This document shows positions 19,250 to 29,037 of a stretch of 55,737 nucleotides of DNA, piece after piece. The translations under genes were made by a program, and so were the position numbers. This DNA comes from an uncultured Muribaculaceae bacterium (GTDB lineage: Bacteria > Bacillota_I > Bacilli_A > RF39 > UBA660). The stretch's first letter is position 1; the number at the start of each line of letters is the position of its first letter. Location of the stretch: contig CAYWFZ010000005.1 in NCBI GenBank assembly GCA_964458035.1, forward strand, positions 1-55,737, written 5' to 3'. The notes below the pieces were generated by a model. It was not told where the DNA came from and did no database searches. It saw only the letters and a program-made list of their open reading frames with translations.

Positions 19250-20268
19250 TTTTCCACCTCATTAGCTCGTAACTGTCCACAAGCAGCATCGATATTGCCA
19301 CCAAATTCACGTCTTACAGTTACATTAATTCCCAGTTTTTTTAAAGTATCATAAAACTTCATTATCGTTTCATTGCTACTCTTTTTATATTCTATATGAC
19401 TCGTCTCATTATAAGGAATTAAATTGACATATACATTTAATCCTTTAATTAAATGAGCAAGTTCTTTTGCTTCATTGATTGAATCATTTACTCCATCTAG
19501 TAAAAGATATTCAATGGTTACTCTTCTATTAGTACGCTCAATATAAAACTTAATTGCTGATAGTACTTCTTCTAAAGGGTATGCTTTATTAATCTTCATT
19601 ATTTTATTTCTTAAAATATTATTTGGAGCATGTAGTGATAATGCTAAATTTGTTTGTATTTCTTCTTTGGCATAATCATATATTCTTGGTGCTAACCCAC
19701 TAGTCGATACTGTTATGTGTCTTGCCCCAATCGCAATTCCATTTGGATCATTTATTATTCTAATAAAGTCCATTATGTTATTGTAGTTATCGAATGGTTC
19801 ACCAATACCCATAACTACTACTGATGAAATACGAGACTTAATATCTTCTTCTATCATAAGTATTTGTCTTACAATTTCTCCAGCACGCAAATCACGAACT
19901 TTTTTAAGTCTTCCTGATTCACAGAAGGAACATCCCATATTGCATCCAACTTGACTTGATACACAGACACTTAATCCATAATCATGTCGCATTAGAACAG
20001 CTTCAATTAAATTGCCATCATCAAGTTCAAACAAATACTTATTAGTAAGATCACTCGTCTGTTTGCGCCTTAACTTAAGCATTGAAGTGTCGAATGTGGA
20101 TTCCATTTTTTCCTGTAGTGCATGACTTATGTTACTCATATCAGAAAACTTATAAACTCTTTTTTTATAAAGCCACTCATATATTTGTTTAGCTTTATAT
20201 TTCTTCTCTCCTGATTTAGTAAAATATTCTTGCATATCAGATAATTTGTAATCAAATATACAGTCCAT
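19246..20268 (-). CDS. rlmN: 23S rRNA m2A2503 methyltransferase (radical SAM)
   Basis: CVSSQVGCNMGCSFC, MGIGEP, SLHAP, IDAACGQL. Confidence 0.97.
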   Translation of the reverse strand: MDCIFDYKLSDMQEYFTKSGEKKYKAKQIYEWLYKKRVYKFSDMSNISHALQEKMESTFDTSMLKLRRKQTSDLTNKYLFELDDGNLIEAVLMRHDYGLSVCVSSQVGCNMGCSFCESGRLKKVRDLRAGEIVRQILMIEEDIKSRISSVVVMGIGEPFDNYNNIMDFIRIINDPNGIAIGARHITVSTSGLAPRIYDYAKEEIQTNLALSLHAPNNILRNKIMKINKAYPLEEVLSAIKFYIERTNRRVTIEYLLLDGVNDSINEAKELAHLIKGLNVYVNLIPYNETSHIEYKKSSNETIMKFYDTLKKLGINVTVRREFGGNIDAACGQLRANEVEK

Positions 20269-20316
20269 ATTTTCACCTTACTTACATTATATCAAAAGTG
20301 ATGAAAAAATGATATA

Positions 20317-20346
20317 AAAAAGAAGAAACTTAGATTAGTTTCTTCA
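20317..20346 (-). terminator. Intrinsic terminator after the large-protein array
   Basis: Minus strand GAAGAAACT-AATCTA-AGTTTCTTC followed by T tract. Confidence 0.8.
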
Positions 20347-20354
20347 TATTTTAG

Positions 20355-23300
20355 TTATTGAACAGTTACACCATAATTATTTGCGGATGTACCACCAGTT
20401 TGAATAGCTGTACCAGTGCTATTATGAATAGTTCTTCCGCCGCCATCATTTATAATTTCTCCGCCTGACATATTAAGTTTACCTGCATATATACGAATTG
20501 TTGGATGACCCGATGAATTATTCTTAACACTTCCTCCATATATATTAGTTACAGATGCGTAATTAAGTTTTTCTTCATCTGTTTCATTGTTTTCATCAGA
20601 TATTATTTGTACTAATACTGTTGCCTTATCAATTTGATAGTTCCCAGAATATATGTTAAGTTCACCATGATTTGATATCAGTGGGAATGTTTCAGAACTT
20701 GTGCTGATAATTGAAGGTCCATCAGTTGAAGCATTTCCAAAATTAACTGTAGCATTTGGATGAACAAACACGGCGTTATTGACTGCACCTTCAGGCGAGT
20801 ACAAATATGATCCCCCATTAATTGATGTACTACTATTATCGTAAAAATCAAACAATCCTAGGGACTGACCACCAACTTTCATATCAGCATTATTTATTGT
20901 TAGATTTCCGGATACATAGATTGTTCTAATAGTTCTTGTATTTGCGGTTTGTCTAAGATTTATATTATCTATTGTTAACTTTGAATTAGCATGAACACGA
21001 AGTGTTTCAGCATTTGTTATGTTTACATTTCCGTTTATTATTTTATTTTCGCTATTTGAACGTATAGCTAGCATAGTTGCAGTACCAGTATGGTTCAAGG
21101 TTGGTATTGTAGATTCTAATCCCATATTTAACTTTCCAAAAATACCATATCCAGGACCATTACTTGTATTTATGATTCCTTCATTTATGTTTAGATTGCC
21201 ATATGCTGCAATAGTATAAGTTGTAGAACCATTTCCTATAAAATCAACCGTTTTTCCTTCCTGTCCAATATTTAAAGTTGACCCTGCATAGGTGTATACA
21301 CTGTTTCCTTTTGCATAAGATCCTTCAAAATTACCTCCATTGATATTTGCTGTACCACCATCATTTACTTGCATTATTCCGCCGCCTTTAGTATTTGATG
21401 AACTAACAACATATGTACCATCATTTATTGTTAATTTACCTGATACATGAAATATTCTGTGTGCCGAAAGGGTATGAGAAAAATCTATATCAGCATCATC
21501 TATTGTCAATTTTCCAGTTTTATTAACAGCAATTCCTGTTGAATCCGTGATTTTAAAACAAGCGTTTTTAATTATATTTTCTTGAGTGCTATTAATTGAT
21601 ACCACATTTTTTCTAAATGTTTTTCCGATTATTGTTGGTGATGATGTTTCACTTCCTATTGTAAGTAGTCCGCTGATTCCTAATCCGTAGCCATTTTCAA
21701 AAGTGATGGTACCAGTAGGAATATTAATGTTTCCTGTTGAAAAGACAGTATAATTATTGGTATCATTTCCTATAATATTAACAGTTTTTCCTTCTTTTCC
21801 TAGATTTAAAGTTGTGTTTTCAAATCCATAAAATGAGTTTGATGTTCCATATGTATTATCAAATACTCCACCATTTATTGTTGCTATTCCAGTTTTGTCA
21901 ACTTCGACAAGTCCTTCGGCTCCTAAATTACCTTCGTTAACCTTAAATATTCCGTTATCTATTGTTAAGTTACCGGCTATATATATTGCTCTGCTTATGG
22001 TCTTATTTGTTGTCAATTTGACATTTATATTTGCGTTTATTATTTTATTATCCTCATTTGAGTATACACTCATTAATCTATGTGTACTAACGTGATTAAA
22101 TGTTGGTGTAGTATTCTCTGTTCCAATCGTCATTTTTCCATTAATAATATATCCTGTACCATTGGTTGTATTAATAGTTCCCTCTTTAATATTAAGGTTC
22201 CCTGATGACATAATCGTATGACTTTCACTATCATTACCATACAAATCTATTATTTTTTCAGCTTGTCCCATATTTAAGGTTGATCCGGCAGCATTATATA
22301 TAGTAGCAGCTGTCCCGTAAGTGTTATCAAAAACCCCGGCATTTATTGTTGCGATTCCAGTTGCATTAACACCTAGAATTCCATGACTTTTTTGATTGGT
22401 TTCAGCAATACGATACGAGCCATTATTTATTATCAAATTTCCCGAAACATTGATAGCACTATTTGTTGAGGTGCTTGTAGTTTGTATAAGGTTTATGTTA
22501 TCAATTGTTAGTTTCCCTGTTGGTGTAACATTAATGGCGTAGGTGTTGTATGTATTTATATTTCCATTTATAATCCTGTTGTCAGCATCCGATTCTATAC
22601 GTAATAAATGTCTCGCGTCTTCATGATTCAGTGTTGGAGTCTCAGTTTCTGATCCTATTGTTAACTTTCCATTTACCTCATAGCCAAATCCACCACTTGT
22701 ATTAATAGTTCCAGCCTTTATGTTTATATCTCCATTTGTTTTTAGTGTAACATAACCTTCTCCATTTCCGATTATATCTAATGTTTTTCCATCTTGCCCT
22801 ATATTTATTGTTGAGCTTTTGCTAGTAGTTACTGTGTAATCATCTCCATAAGTATTATTTACAGTACCACTATTTAAGTTAATAGTGCTTCCTTCCCTGC
22901 CATTTAAAAGTCCTCTTACTTTTAAATTAGTTTCTTTAGTTGCAAACGTAGTATCATTATAATTTAGAGTTCCAGAAACTTCGAAAAAGTATTCACCATT
23001 TTTATCACCTTGGCAGTTAATCGTAGAATTATTTAAGGTCGTTATGGAATCCTTACTTGTAGAAAATTGAGTGTTATTTGTGTCTATATTAGAATTATCA
23101 ATTATCGTTGTTCCTAAGTTTTTTATTACTGAGTGACCACTTGATCTTGATTGCTGTGATGCAGTTATACTTGAATTATTGATGTTTAGATTTTTATTGT
23201 TAACTATGATATTTATTTTTTTTGACTCATTTGTATTGTTTTCATAAATCAAATTAAAGTTTTCTTCTAAATTAAGTGTTTCTAAATTAGTAAATGTGTT

Positions 23301-24575
23301 TAATCCACTAGCATTTATTGTTCCGTTTTTTATTGTTAAAGTTCCTGAGTTTGTTATCTTATGTTCTCCGAAGTTAACTGCTAGACTATTTAAGTTTAAT
23401 ATTATATTTTTATCTGTTTTAATATCTTTTGGTATAGTGTTTTGTTTTATTATATCGATAGTTGTCTCATCTGCGTTTGTTATATATTTAAAGGCACTAT
23501 TTAGTGATCTAAATTGTTTTTCACCAATCTTAGCTACACCTTCTCCAAAGTTTGCATTTAGAGTAATATCTTCATTATAAGTATTACTTTCATTAACTGT
23601 TGTTCCATTTTCTTGCCAATCTACAAAAGCAAGTGTTTCATGGTCTATTTCAGTTGGTAAGAATCCAACTTTTTCTCCTTCAATAAGTGTACTTGTGAAA
23701 GTTCCGGTTGTTCCACCTGTTGTATCAAAAGTTATAGTGTGTGTTGTTGGTGCTCCAGAAGTTATTTTTGAATCTCTTATTTCTAAATTCGTTAAAGTAA
23801 TTTTCCCGTTTACAGTGTTAAATTCCGTTTTTTCATCTGCAAGATTAGTTAGTTCTTCATAAGTAAGTGAACTAAGTTCTTCTTCAGTTTTATTGTTAAA
23901 AACTAAGAATTCATAATCTCCACCAACAAGACCAGAAATTATAAACATACCTCTTCCATCTGTTGTTGTAAAGTTTTTACTGTTTTGTGAAACTATTCCG
24001 ATAACTTTATTTTCTAAAGGTAAGTCATCATTTAATAAATAGCCATAGGTATAGTATTCATGATTTTCAAGAATAGTTTCATTAGCAGTTTCTTTTTCTA
24101 GGGCATTTGCTCCTATTTCACATGCTAGAGTCTTATCAAACTCTTCATCACCTGTGTATGGTTTTTTTAATGTTGCTTTTACTTTTCCTCGTGTTCTTTC
24201 TTTGGCTGGTATTATTTCTTTTTCTATTGAGTATTCAAGGTCAATATAATCTAATATCTCTGGTGATTTTGCAGTACATTTTATTTCTACTTTTGCATCA
24301 TATTGGCGTGAATTGTTTGTTACTTCATAATCTAATGTTGAAGTGTCTCCTACTAGTGTTAATTCATTAGTTTCAAAGTCAATTAATTGTTTATTGTCTT
24401 TAATAACCGTATTACTCTTATCAGCGTCATCTAGTATGGCTTCACTAAAGAATATCTGAAAATCTTGCTCATTTGATGCAATTAATGTCACACCATTAAT
24501 CACTAATGTTGCTGATACAGTAGCAAAACCAATTACTAATAGTGCTACCAAAAATAATAATCTTTTTCTTCTCAT
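20355..24575 (-). CDS. Large secreted protein 1: pilin-like N-domain, InlB-B-like repeat, predicted beta-helix repeats
   Basis: IGFATVSATLVING signal, TITFDTTGG..FVDW..ITLNA repeat, many GxLxIxxG turns; no LPXTG or C-terminal TM. Confidence 0.85.
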   Translation of the reverse strand: MRRKRLLFLVALLVIGFATVSATLVINGVTLIASNEQDFQIFFSEAILDDADKSNTVIKDNKQLIDFETNELTLVGDTSTLDYEVTNNSRQYDAKVEIKCTAKSPEILDYIDLEYSIEKEIIPAKERTRGKVKATLKKPYTGDEEFDKTLACEIGANALEKETANETILENHEYYTYGYLLNDDLPLENKVIGIVSQNSKNFTTTDGRGMFIISGLVGGDYEFLVFNNKTEEELSSLTYEELTNLADEKTEFNTVNGKITLTNLEIRDSKITSGAPTTHTITFDTTGGTTGTFTSTLIEGEKVGFLPTEIDHETLAFVDWQENGTTVNESNTYNEDITLNANFGEGVAKIGEKQFRSLNSAFKYITNADETTIDIIKQNTIPKDIKTDKNIILNLNSLAVNFGEHKITNSGTLTIKNGTINASGLNTFTNLETLNLEENFNLIYENNTNESKKINIIVNNKNLNINNSSITASQQSRSSGHSVIKNLGTTIIDNSNIDTNNTQFSTSKDSITTLNNSTINCQGDKNGEYFFEVSGTLNYNDTTFATKETNLKVRGLLNGREGSTINLNSGTVNNTYGDDYTVTTSKSSTINIGQDGKTLDIIGNGEGYVTLKTNGDINIKAGTINTSGGFGYEVNGKLTIGSETETPTLNHEDARHLLRIESDADNRIINGNINTYNTYAINVTPTGKLTIDNINLIQTTSTSTNSAINVSGNLIINNGSYRIAETNQKSHGILGVNATGIATINAGVFDNTYGTAATIYNAAGSTLNMGQAEKIIDLYGNDSESHTIMSSGNLNIKEGTINTTNGTGYIINGKMTIGTENTTPTFNHVSTHRLMSVYSNEDNKIINANINVKLTTNKTISRAIYIAGNLTIDNGIFKVNEGNLGAEGLVEVDKTGIATINGGVFDNTYGTSNSFYGFENTTLNLGKEGKTVNIIGNDTNNYTVFSTGNINIPTGTITFENGYGLGISGLLTIGSETSSPTIIGKTFRKNVVSINSTQENIIKNACFKITDSTGIAVNKTGKLTIDDADIDFSHTLSAHRIFHVSGKLTINDGTYVVSSSNTKGGGIMQVNDGGTANINGGNFEGSYAKGNSVYTYAGSTLNIGQEGKTVDFIGNGSTTYTIAAYGNLNINEGIINTSNGPGYGIFGKLNMGLESTIPTLNHTGTATMLAIRSNSENKIINGNVNITNAETLRVHANSKLTIDNINLRQTANTRTIRTIYVSGNLTINNADMKVGGQSLGLFDFYDNSSTSINGGSYLYSPEGAVNNAVFVHPNATVNFGNASTDGPSIISTSSETFPLISNHGELNIYSGNYQIDKATVLVQIISDENNETDEEKLNYASVTNIYGGSVKNNSSGHPTIRIYAGKLNMSGGEIINDGGGRTIHNSTGTAIQTGGTSANNYGVTVQ

Positions 24576-24700
24576 ACTTACCACCTATAATAATTTAGTC
24601 TATTCTATGTTGATTGTATCAAATATTCGATTTTTTTACTAGGTAAATAAAAAAAATCTAGTAAACTAGATTTCTTTATTTACGGTTGTTGAACAGTTAC
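24576..24700. repeat. Duplicated intergenic unit (terminator, promoter region, SD), copy 1
   Basis: Near-identical to 28913-29037; contains hairpin AAATCTAGT-AA-ACTAGATTT. Confidence 0.9.
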
Positions 24701-27700
24701 ACCATAATTATTTGCGGATGTACCACCAGTTTGGATAGCTGTACCACCATTGTTGTAGATTGTACGCCCACCACCATTATTGATAATTTCTCCGGCTGAC
24801 ATATTAAGCTTACCTGCTGACATATGGAATGTTGCTTTATCTTTACTGTTATTTTCTAAATGTCCTCCATATATATTAGTTGTTGCTGCATAGTTTAGTT
24901 TTTCCTCTGCTGTTTCATTGTTTTCATTTGTTATTAATTGGATGATTACATCACTTGTGTCATGACGGTAGTTTCCAGAATATATATTTAGCTCGCCGTG
25001 ATTTGTTATTAGTGGAAAATTTGATGCACTAGTAGTATTTGTAATTGAAAGGTCAACTTTCGTATCTTTACCTAAATCAACTACGGCATTTTCTTCAATA
25101 AAAATGGCATTACTTCCTGTACCTTCTGGAGAGTAAACATAAGACCCACCATTAATCGTTGTTTTACTATTTGATCGCATTGAAAAAATTCCTAAATATT
25201 TTCCACTTTCAACTACATCAGCATTGTCTATCGTTAAGGTTCCATGTACACCAATCAGTCTTGACTTTTCTTCTACTGCATTTGATCTAATTGTACAGTT
25301 TACAATTTTGTTGTCTTCATTTGAGTGAATGGTTAACAAAGTTTCTGAACTAGTGTTATTAAGCGTTGGAGTTGACGTTTCAGAACCAATCGTTAATTTT
25401 CCATATGCCGCATATCCGCCACCATTGCTTGTGTTAATTGTTCCTGTTGGTATATTTAAAATTCCCTTTGAATATGCAGAAGGATAATTCTTTGAATTTC
25501 CAATTAATTCCACTATTTTGTCTTCTTTTCCTATGTTTAGTGTTGAATCAACATCTGCGTATATGGAATTACTTTTACCATATGTATTATCAAAAGTTCC
25601 GCCATTTATTGTCACTGTTCCTTTTGATAATATTTCTAGAAGACCGAAACCGGTTGTATTAGTATCAGCTATTGCATATCTTCCTCCATTTACTATTAAT
25701 TCACCACCTATTTGGATTGCTCTATATGTCACTGTTGAGTTTGTTTGCTCAAGGTTTACATTATTTATTGTTAGTTTCATGTTTTCGTAGATGTTTATTG
25801 CTCTTGCATCATTAACTTTAATATTCGCATTTTTTATGATGTTTTCTTTGTTGCTTCGAATAGTTAATATAGTTTTTTTACCTGTGTTTCCAACTATTGT
25901 CGGAGTTGTTGTTTCACTTCCTATTGTTAGTAGTCCATAACTTACTACACTGTACCCTTTTGAAAAGTCTATTGTTCCAGCTGGTATATTAATATTTCCA
26001 TATGCACAAACAATATAGGAATTTGAATCATTTCCTATAACGTTGACTTTTTTTCCTTCTGCACCCATATTCAATGTTGATCCTGCATTAGTATAGATAG
26101 AATTACTTTTCCCATATGTATTATCAAATGTACCACCATTTATTGTAACTTTTCCGGTTGAATTTATTGTTAGAAGCCCGTTACTTTTAGTGTTGGACTC
26201 AACGATTTTAAAATTTCCGTTATTAATTATTAATTCTCCAGCGACACTAATCGATCTAGATGTACTATTAGCACTTGTTTGTTTTAAATCAATATCATCA
26301 ACTATCAGTTTCGCATTCTCATAAACGTATATACTCCAAGCATCATTTGAATTAATATTCGCACTTACTATTCTATTTTCTTTGGAACTATTTATACCAA
26401 ACATAGCTTGCTTGCCTATATTACCATTTATCGTTGGGGTTGTCGTTTCGCTTCCTACCGTCACTTTCCCGCCAACTAACATTCCAGAACCATTTGATAT
26501 GTCAATTGTTCCGGTTGGAATGAATAGACTTCCCCCAGCATATAAAGTAGCGGTATTTTCTCCATTACCAATTAAGGTAGTTAAAGTGTCTTCACTTCCA
26601 ATAGTCAAAGTTGTTCCTTCTTTTGCATAAATAGAATTTCCTTCTCCATAAGTATTATCAAAATAGCCACCGTTTATTGTTGCTGTTCCTGGACTATTTA
26701 CTTGAAGAAGTCCGGCACCTCCTGTATTTTCTTCAGAGAACTTGTAGTTTCCACCATTAATAGTTAAATTACCATCGCTAATAATAATTCTTTTATATTG
26801 AATAGTACTCTTATATGTAATATTTGCTTCATCTATAGTCATATTGGCACCAGAAAAAACATCGATTGGCATACCATCTGTACTATTTATATTTGCATTA
26901 ATCACTCTATTATCTTCGTTTGAACGTATATCTATCATATTTCTGGAATCATTATGATTTAATGTTGGGATTTCTGTTTCTGACCCTATATTTATTTTTC
27001 CGAATATTCCATATCCAAAGCCATTACTTGTATTTATTGTTCCTGAAGGTATATTAAAATTTCCATATGTACAAACAGTATAGGAATTTGAATTATTTCC
27101 TATATTGTTGACTTCTTTTCCTTCTTCACCTATTTTCAATGTCGAACCTTCATATGTATAGATTGCATTTCCTTTACCATAAGTATTATCTAATACTCCA
27201 CTGATTATGTTTGCTGTTGCATCTGTTGAAACATGTATTATTCCTAATGATACCGTGTTAGATTCCTTGATTTTTATATTACTATCTGTATAATTCAAAG
27301 TCCCTTTATCTTTTATAAATCTATCATTTTCTATACAATTTTCAAATTCGAGATTTGAGTTATTTATATTTAAAGTTCCTGATTCTTCTATGTAGATTGA
27401 ACCATTACTAGAGTCCATATTTGAGTTATCTATTGTAATTATCCCATAGTTAGTTATCATTGCTTGATCTTGTACGTATGAAGCATATGATGTGTTTACG
27501 CTTGATGAAACAATATTCATTGTTGATGATTCATTATTGGTAATAGTACTTATTACTGTTGTTTCATTTGTATTGTTATTGTGGTTAATTGTTGTATTGT
27601 CTGTTATATTTAATGTTCCATTGTTTTCAAGAACATATTCACCACTTGCATCTATCATTCCATTTTTTATTGTTAAAGTTCCTGAATTAGTTAATTTATG

Positions 27701-28912
27701 GGTATTAAAGTCAACTTTAAACTCATTTAAATTTAATATAACATTTTTATCAGTTGTTATATCTTTTTGAATTGAGTTTGCTTTTATTACATCTATTGTT
27801 GTTTCATCTTTATTATTGATGTAATTAAAAGCATTGTTTAGTGTTCTAAATTGTTTTTCACCAATTTTTGCTACTCCGTCTCCATAGTTAGCATTTAATG
27901 TTATATCTCCATTGTAAACCTTGTCTTCTGAAACTGTAGTTCCATTTTCTTGCCAATCTACAAATGCTAGCGTTTCATGTTCTACTTCTTTTGGTAAATG
28001 TCCGATAGGTTCTCCTTCGATAAGAGTACCTGTGAAAGTTCCGGTTGTTCCACCTGATGTATCAAAAGTTATAGTATGTGTTGTTGGTGACCCTGGATTA
28101 ATTTTCGAGTTAGATATTTCATAATTTGTTAAAGTTAGTTTGCCATCGGCAGTATTAAATGCACTTGAGTCACTCGCAAGTGTTTTTAATTCTTCATGAG
28201 TAAGGGTACCTAGTTCTTCTTCAGTTTTTCCTTCAATAACTAAAAGTTCATAGTCTCCACCTACTAATCCCTCAATTATGAACATACCTCTTATATCTGT
28301 TGTAGACATTTTTGTTTCGCCATTAGCAATTACAGCAACTACTCTGTTTGGTAGTGAGTCTCCATATTTCGTTAAATATCCATATGCATAATGTTCACGT
28401 TCTTCAAGGACTATGTCATTAGCATTTTCTTTTTCTAAGGCATTAGTTTCGATTGAACAAGCTAGAGTTTTATCAAACTCTTCATCACCTGTATAAGGTT
28501 TTTTTAATGTTGCTTTTACTTTTCCTCTTGTTCTTTCTTTTGCGGGTATTATTTCTTTTTCTATTGAATATTCAAGGTCAACATAATCTAATATTTCTGG
28601 TGATTTTGCAACACAGTTTATTTCAACTTCAGCATCATATTGACGAGAATTGTTTGTAACTTCATAATCTAATGTTGATACATCTCCTACTAATGATAAT
28701 TCATTTGTCTCAAAATCTATTATTTGTTTATTATCTTTAATTATTGAATTACTTTTATCAGCGTCATCTAGTATAGCTTCACTAAAGAATATCTGAAAGT
28801 CTTGTTCATTTGAACCTATTAGTGTTACTCCATTTAATACTAGTGTTGTTGATACTGTAGCAAAACCAATTACTAATAATATTATTAAAAATAATAATCT
28901 TTTCCTTGTCAT
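24680..28912 (-). CDS. Large secreted protein 2, paralogue
   Basis: Same architecture; shared C-terminus GTAIQTGGTSANNYGVTVQ. Confidence 0.85.
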   Translation of the reverse strand: MTRKRLLFLIILLVIGFATVSTTLVLNGVTLIGSNEQDFQIFFSEAILDDADKSNSIIKDNKQIIDFETNELSLVGDVSTLDYEVTNNSRQYDAEVEINCVAKSPEILDYVDLEYSIEKEIIPAKERTRGKVKATLKKPYTGDEEFDKTLACSIETNALEKENANDIVLEEREHYAYGYLTKYGDSLPNRVVAVIANGETKMSTTDIRGMFIIEGLVGGDYELLVIEGKTEEELGTLTHEELKTLASDSSAFNTADGKLTLTNYEISNSKINPGSPTTHTITFDTSGGTTGTFTGTLIEGEPIGHLPKEVEHETLAFVDWQENGTTVSEDKVYNGDITLNANYGDGVAKIGEKQFRTLNNAFNYINNKDETTIDVIKANSIQKDITTDKNVILNLNEFKVDFNTHKLTNSGTLTIKNGMIDASGEYVLENNGTLNITDNTTINHNNNTNETTVISTITNNESSTMNIVSSSVNTSYASYVQDQAMITNYGIITIDNSNMDSSNGSIYIEESGTLNINNSNLEFENCIENDRFIKDKGTLNYTDSNIKIKESNTVSLGIIHVSTDATANIISGVLDNTYGKGNAIYTYEGSTLKIGEEGKEVNNIGNNSNSYTVCTYGNFNIPSGTINTSNGFGYGIFGKINIGSETEIPTLNHNDSRNMIDIRSNEDNRVINANINSTDGMPIDVFSGANMTIDEANITYKSTIQYKRIIISDGNLTINGGNYKFSEENTGGAGLLQVNSPGTATINGGYFDNTYGEGNSIYAKEGTTLTIGSEDTLTTLIGNGENTATLYAGGSLFIPTGTIDISNGSGMLVGGKVTVGSETTTPTINGNIGKQAMFGINSSKENRIVSANINSNDAWSIYVYENAKLIVDDIDLKQTSANSTSRSISVAGELIINNGNFKIVESNTKSNGLLTINSTGKVTINGGTFDNTYGKSNSIYTNAGSTLNMGAEGKKVNVIGNDSNSYIVCAYGNINIPAGTIDFSKGYSVVSYGLLTIGSETTTPTIVGNTGKKTILTIRSNKENIIKNANIKVNDARAINIYENMKLTINNVNLEQTNSTVTYRAIQIGGELIVNGGRYAIADTNTTGFGLLEILSKGTVTINGGTFDNTYGKSNSIYADVDSTLNIGKEDKIVELIGNSKNYPSAYSKGILNIPTGTINTSNGGGYAAYGKLTIGSETSTPTLNNTSSETLLTIHSNEDNKIVNCTIRSNAVEEKSRLIGVHGTLTIDNADVVESGKYLGIFSMRSNSKTTINGGSYVYSPEGTGSNAIFIEENAVVDLGKDTKVDLSITNTTSASNFPLITNHGELNIYSGNYRHDTSDVIIQLITNENNETAEEKLNYAATTNIYGGHLENNSKDKATFHMSAGKLNMSAGEIINNGGGRTIYNNGGTAIQTGGTSANNYGVTVQQP

Positions 28913-29037
28913 ACTTACCACCTATAATAATTTAGTCTATTCTATGTTAATTGTATCAAATATCCGTTTTTTTGACTAGATAAATAAAAAAAATCTAGTA
29001 AACTAGATTTTTTAATTTACGGTTGTTGAACAGTTAC
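28913..29037. repeat. Duplicated intergenic unit, copy 2
   Basis: Near-identical to 24576-24700. Confidence 0.9.
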
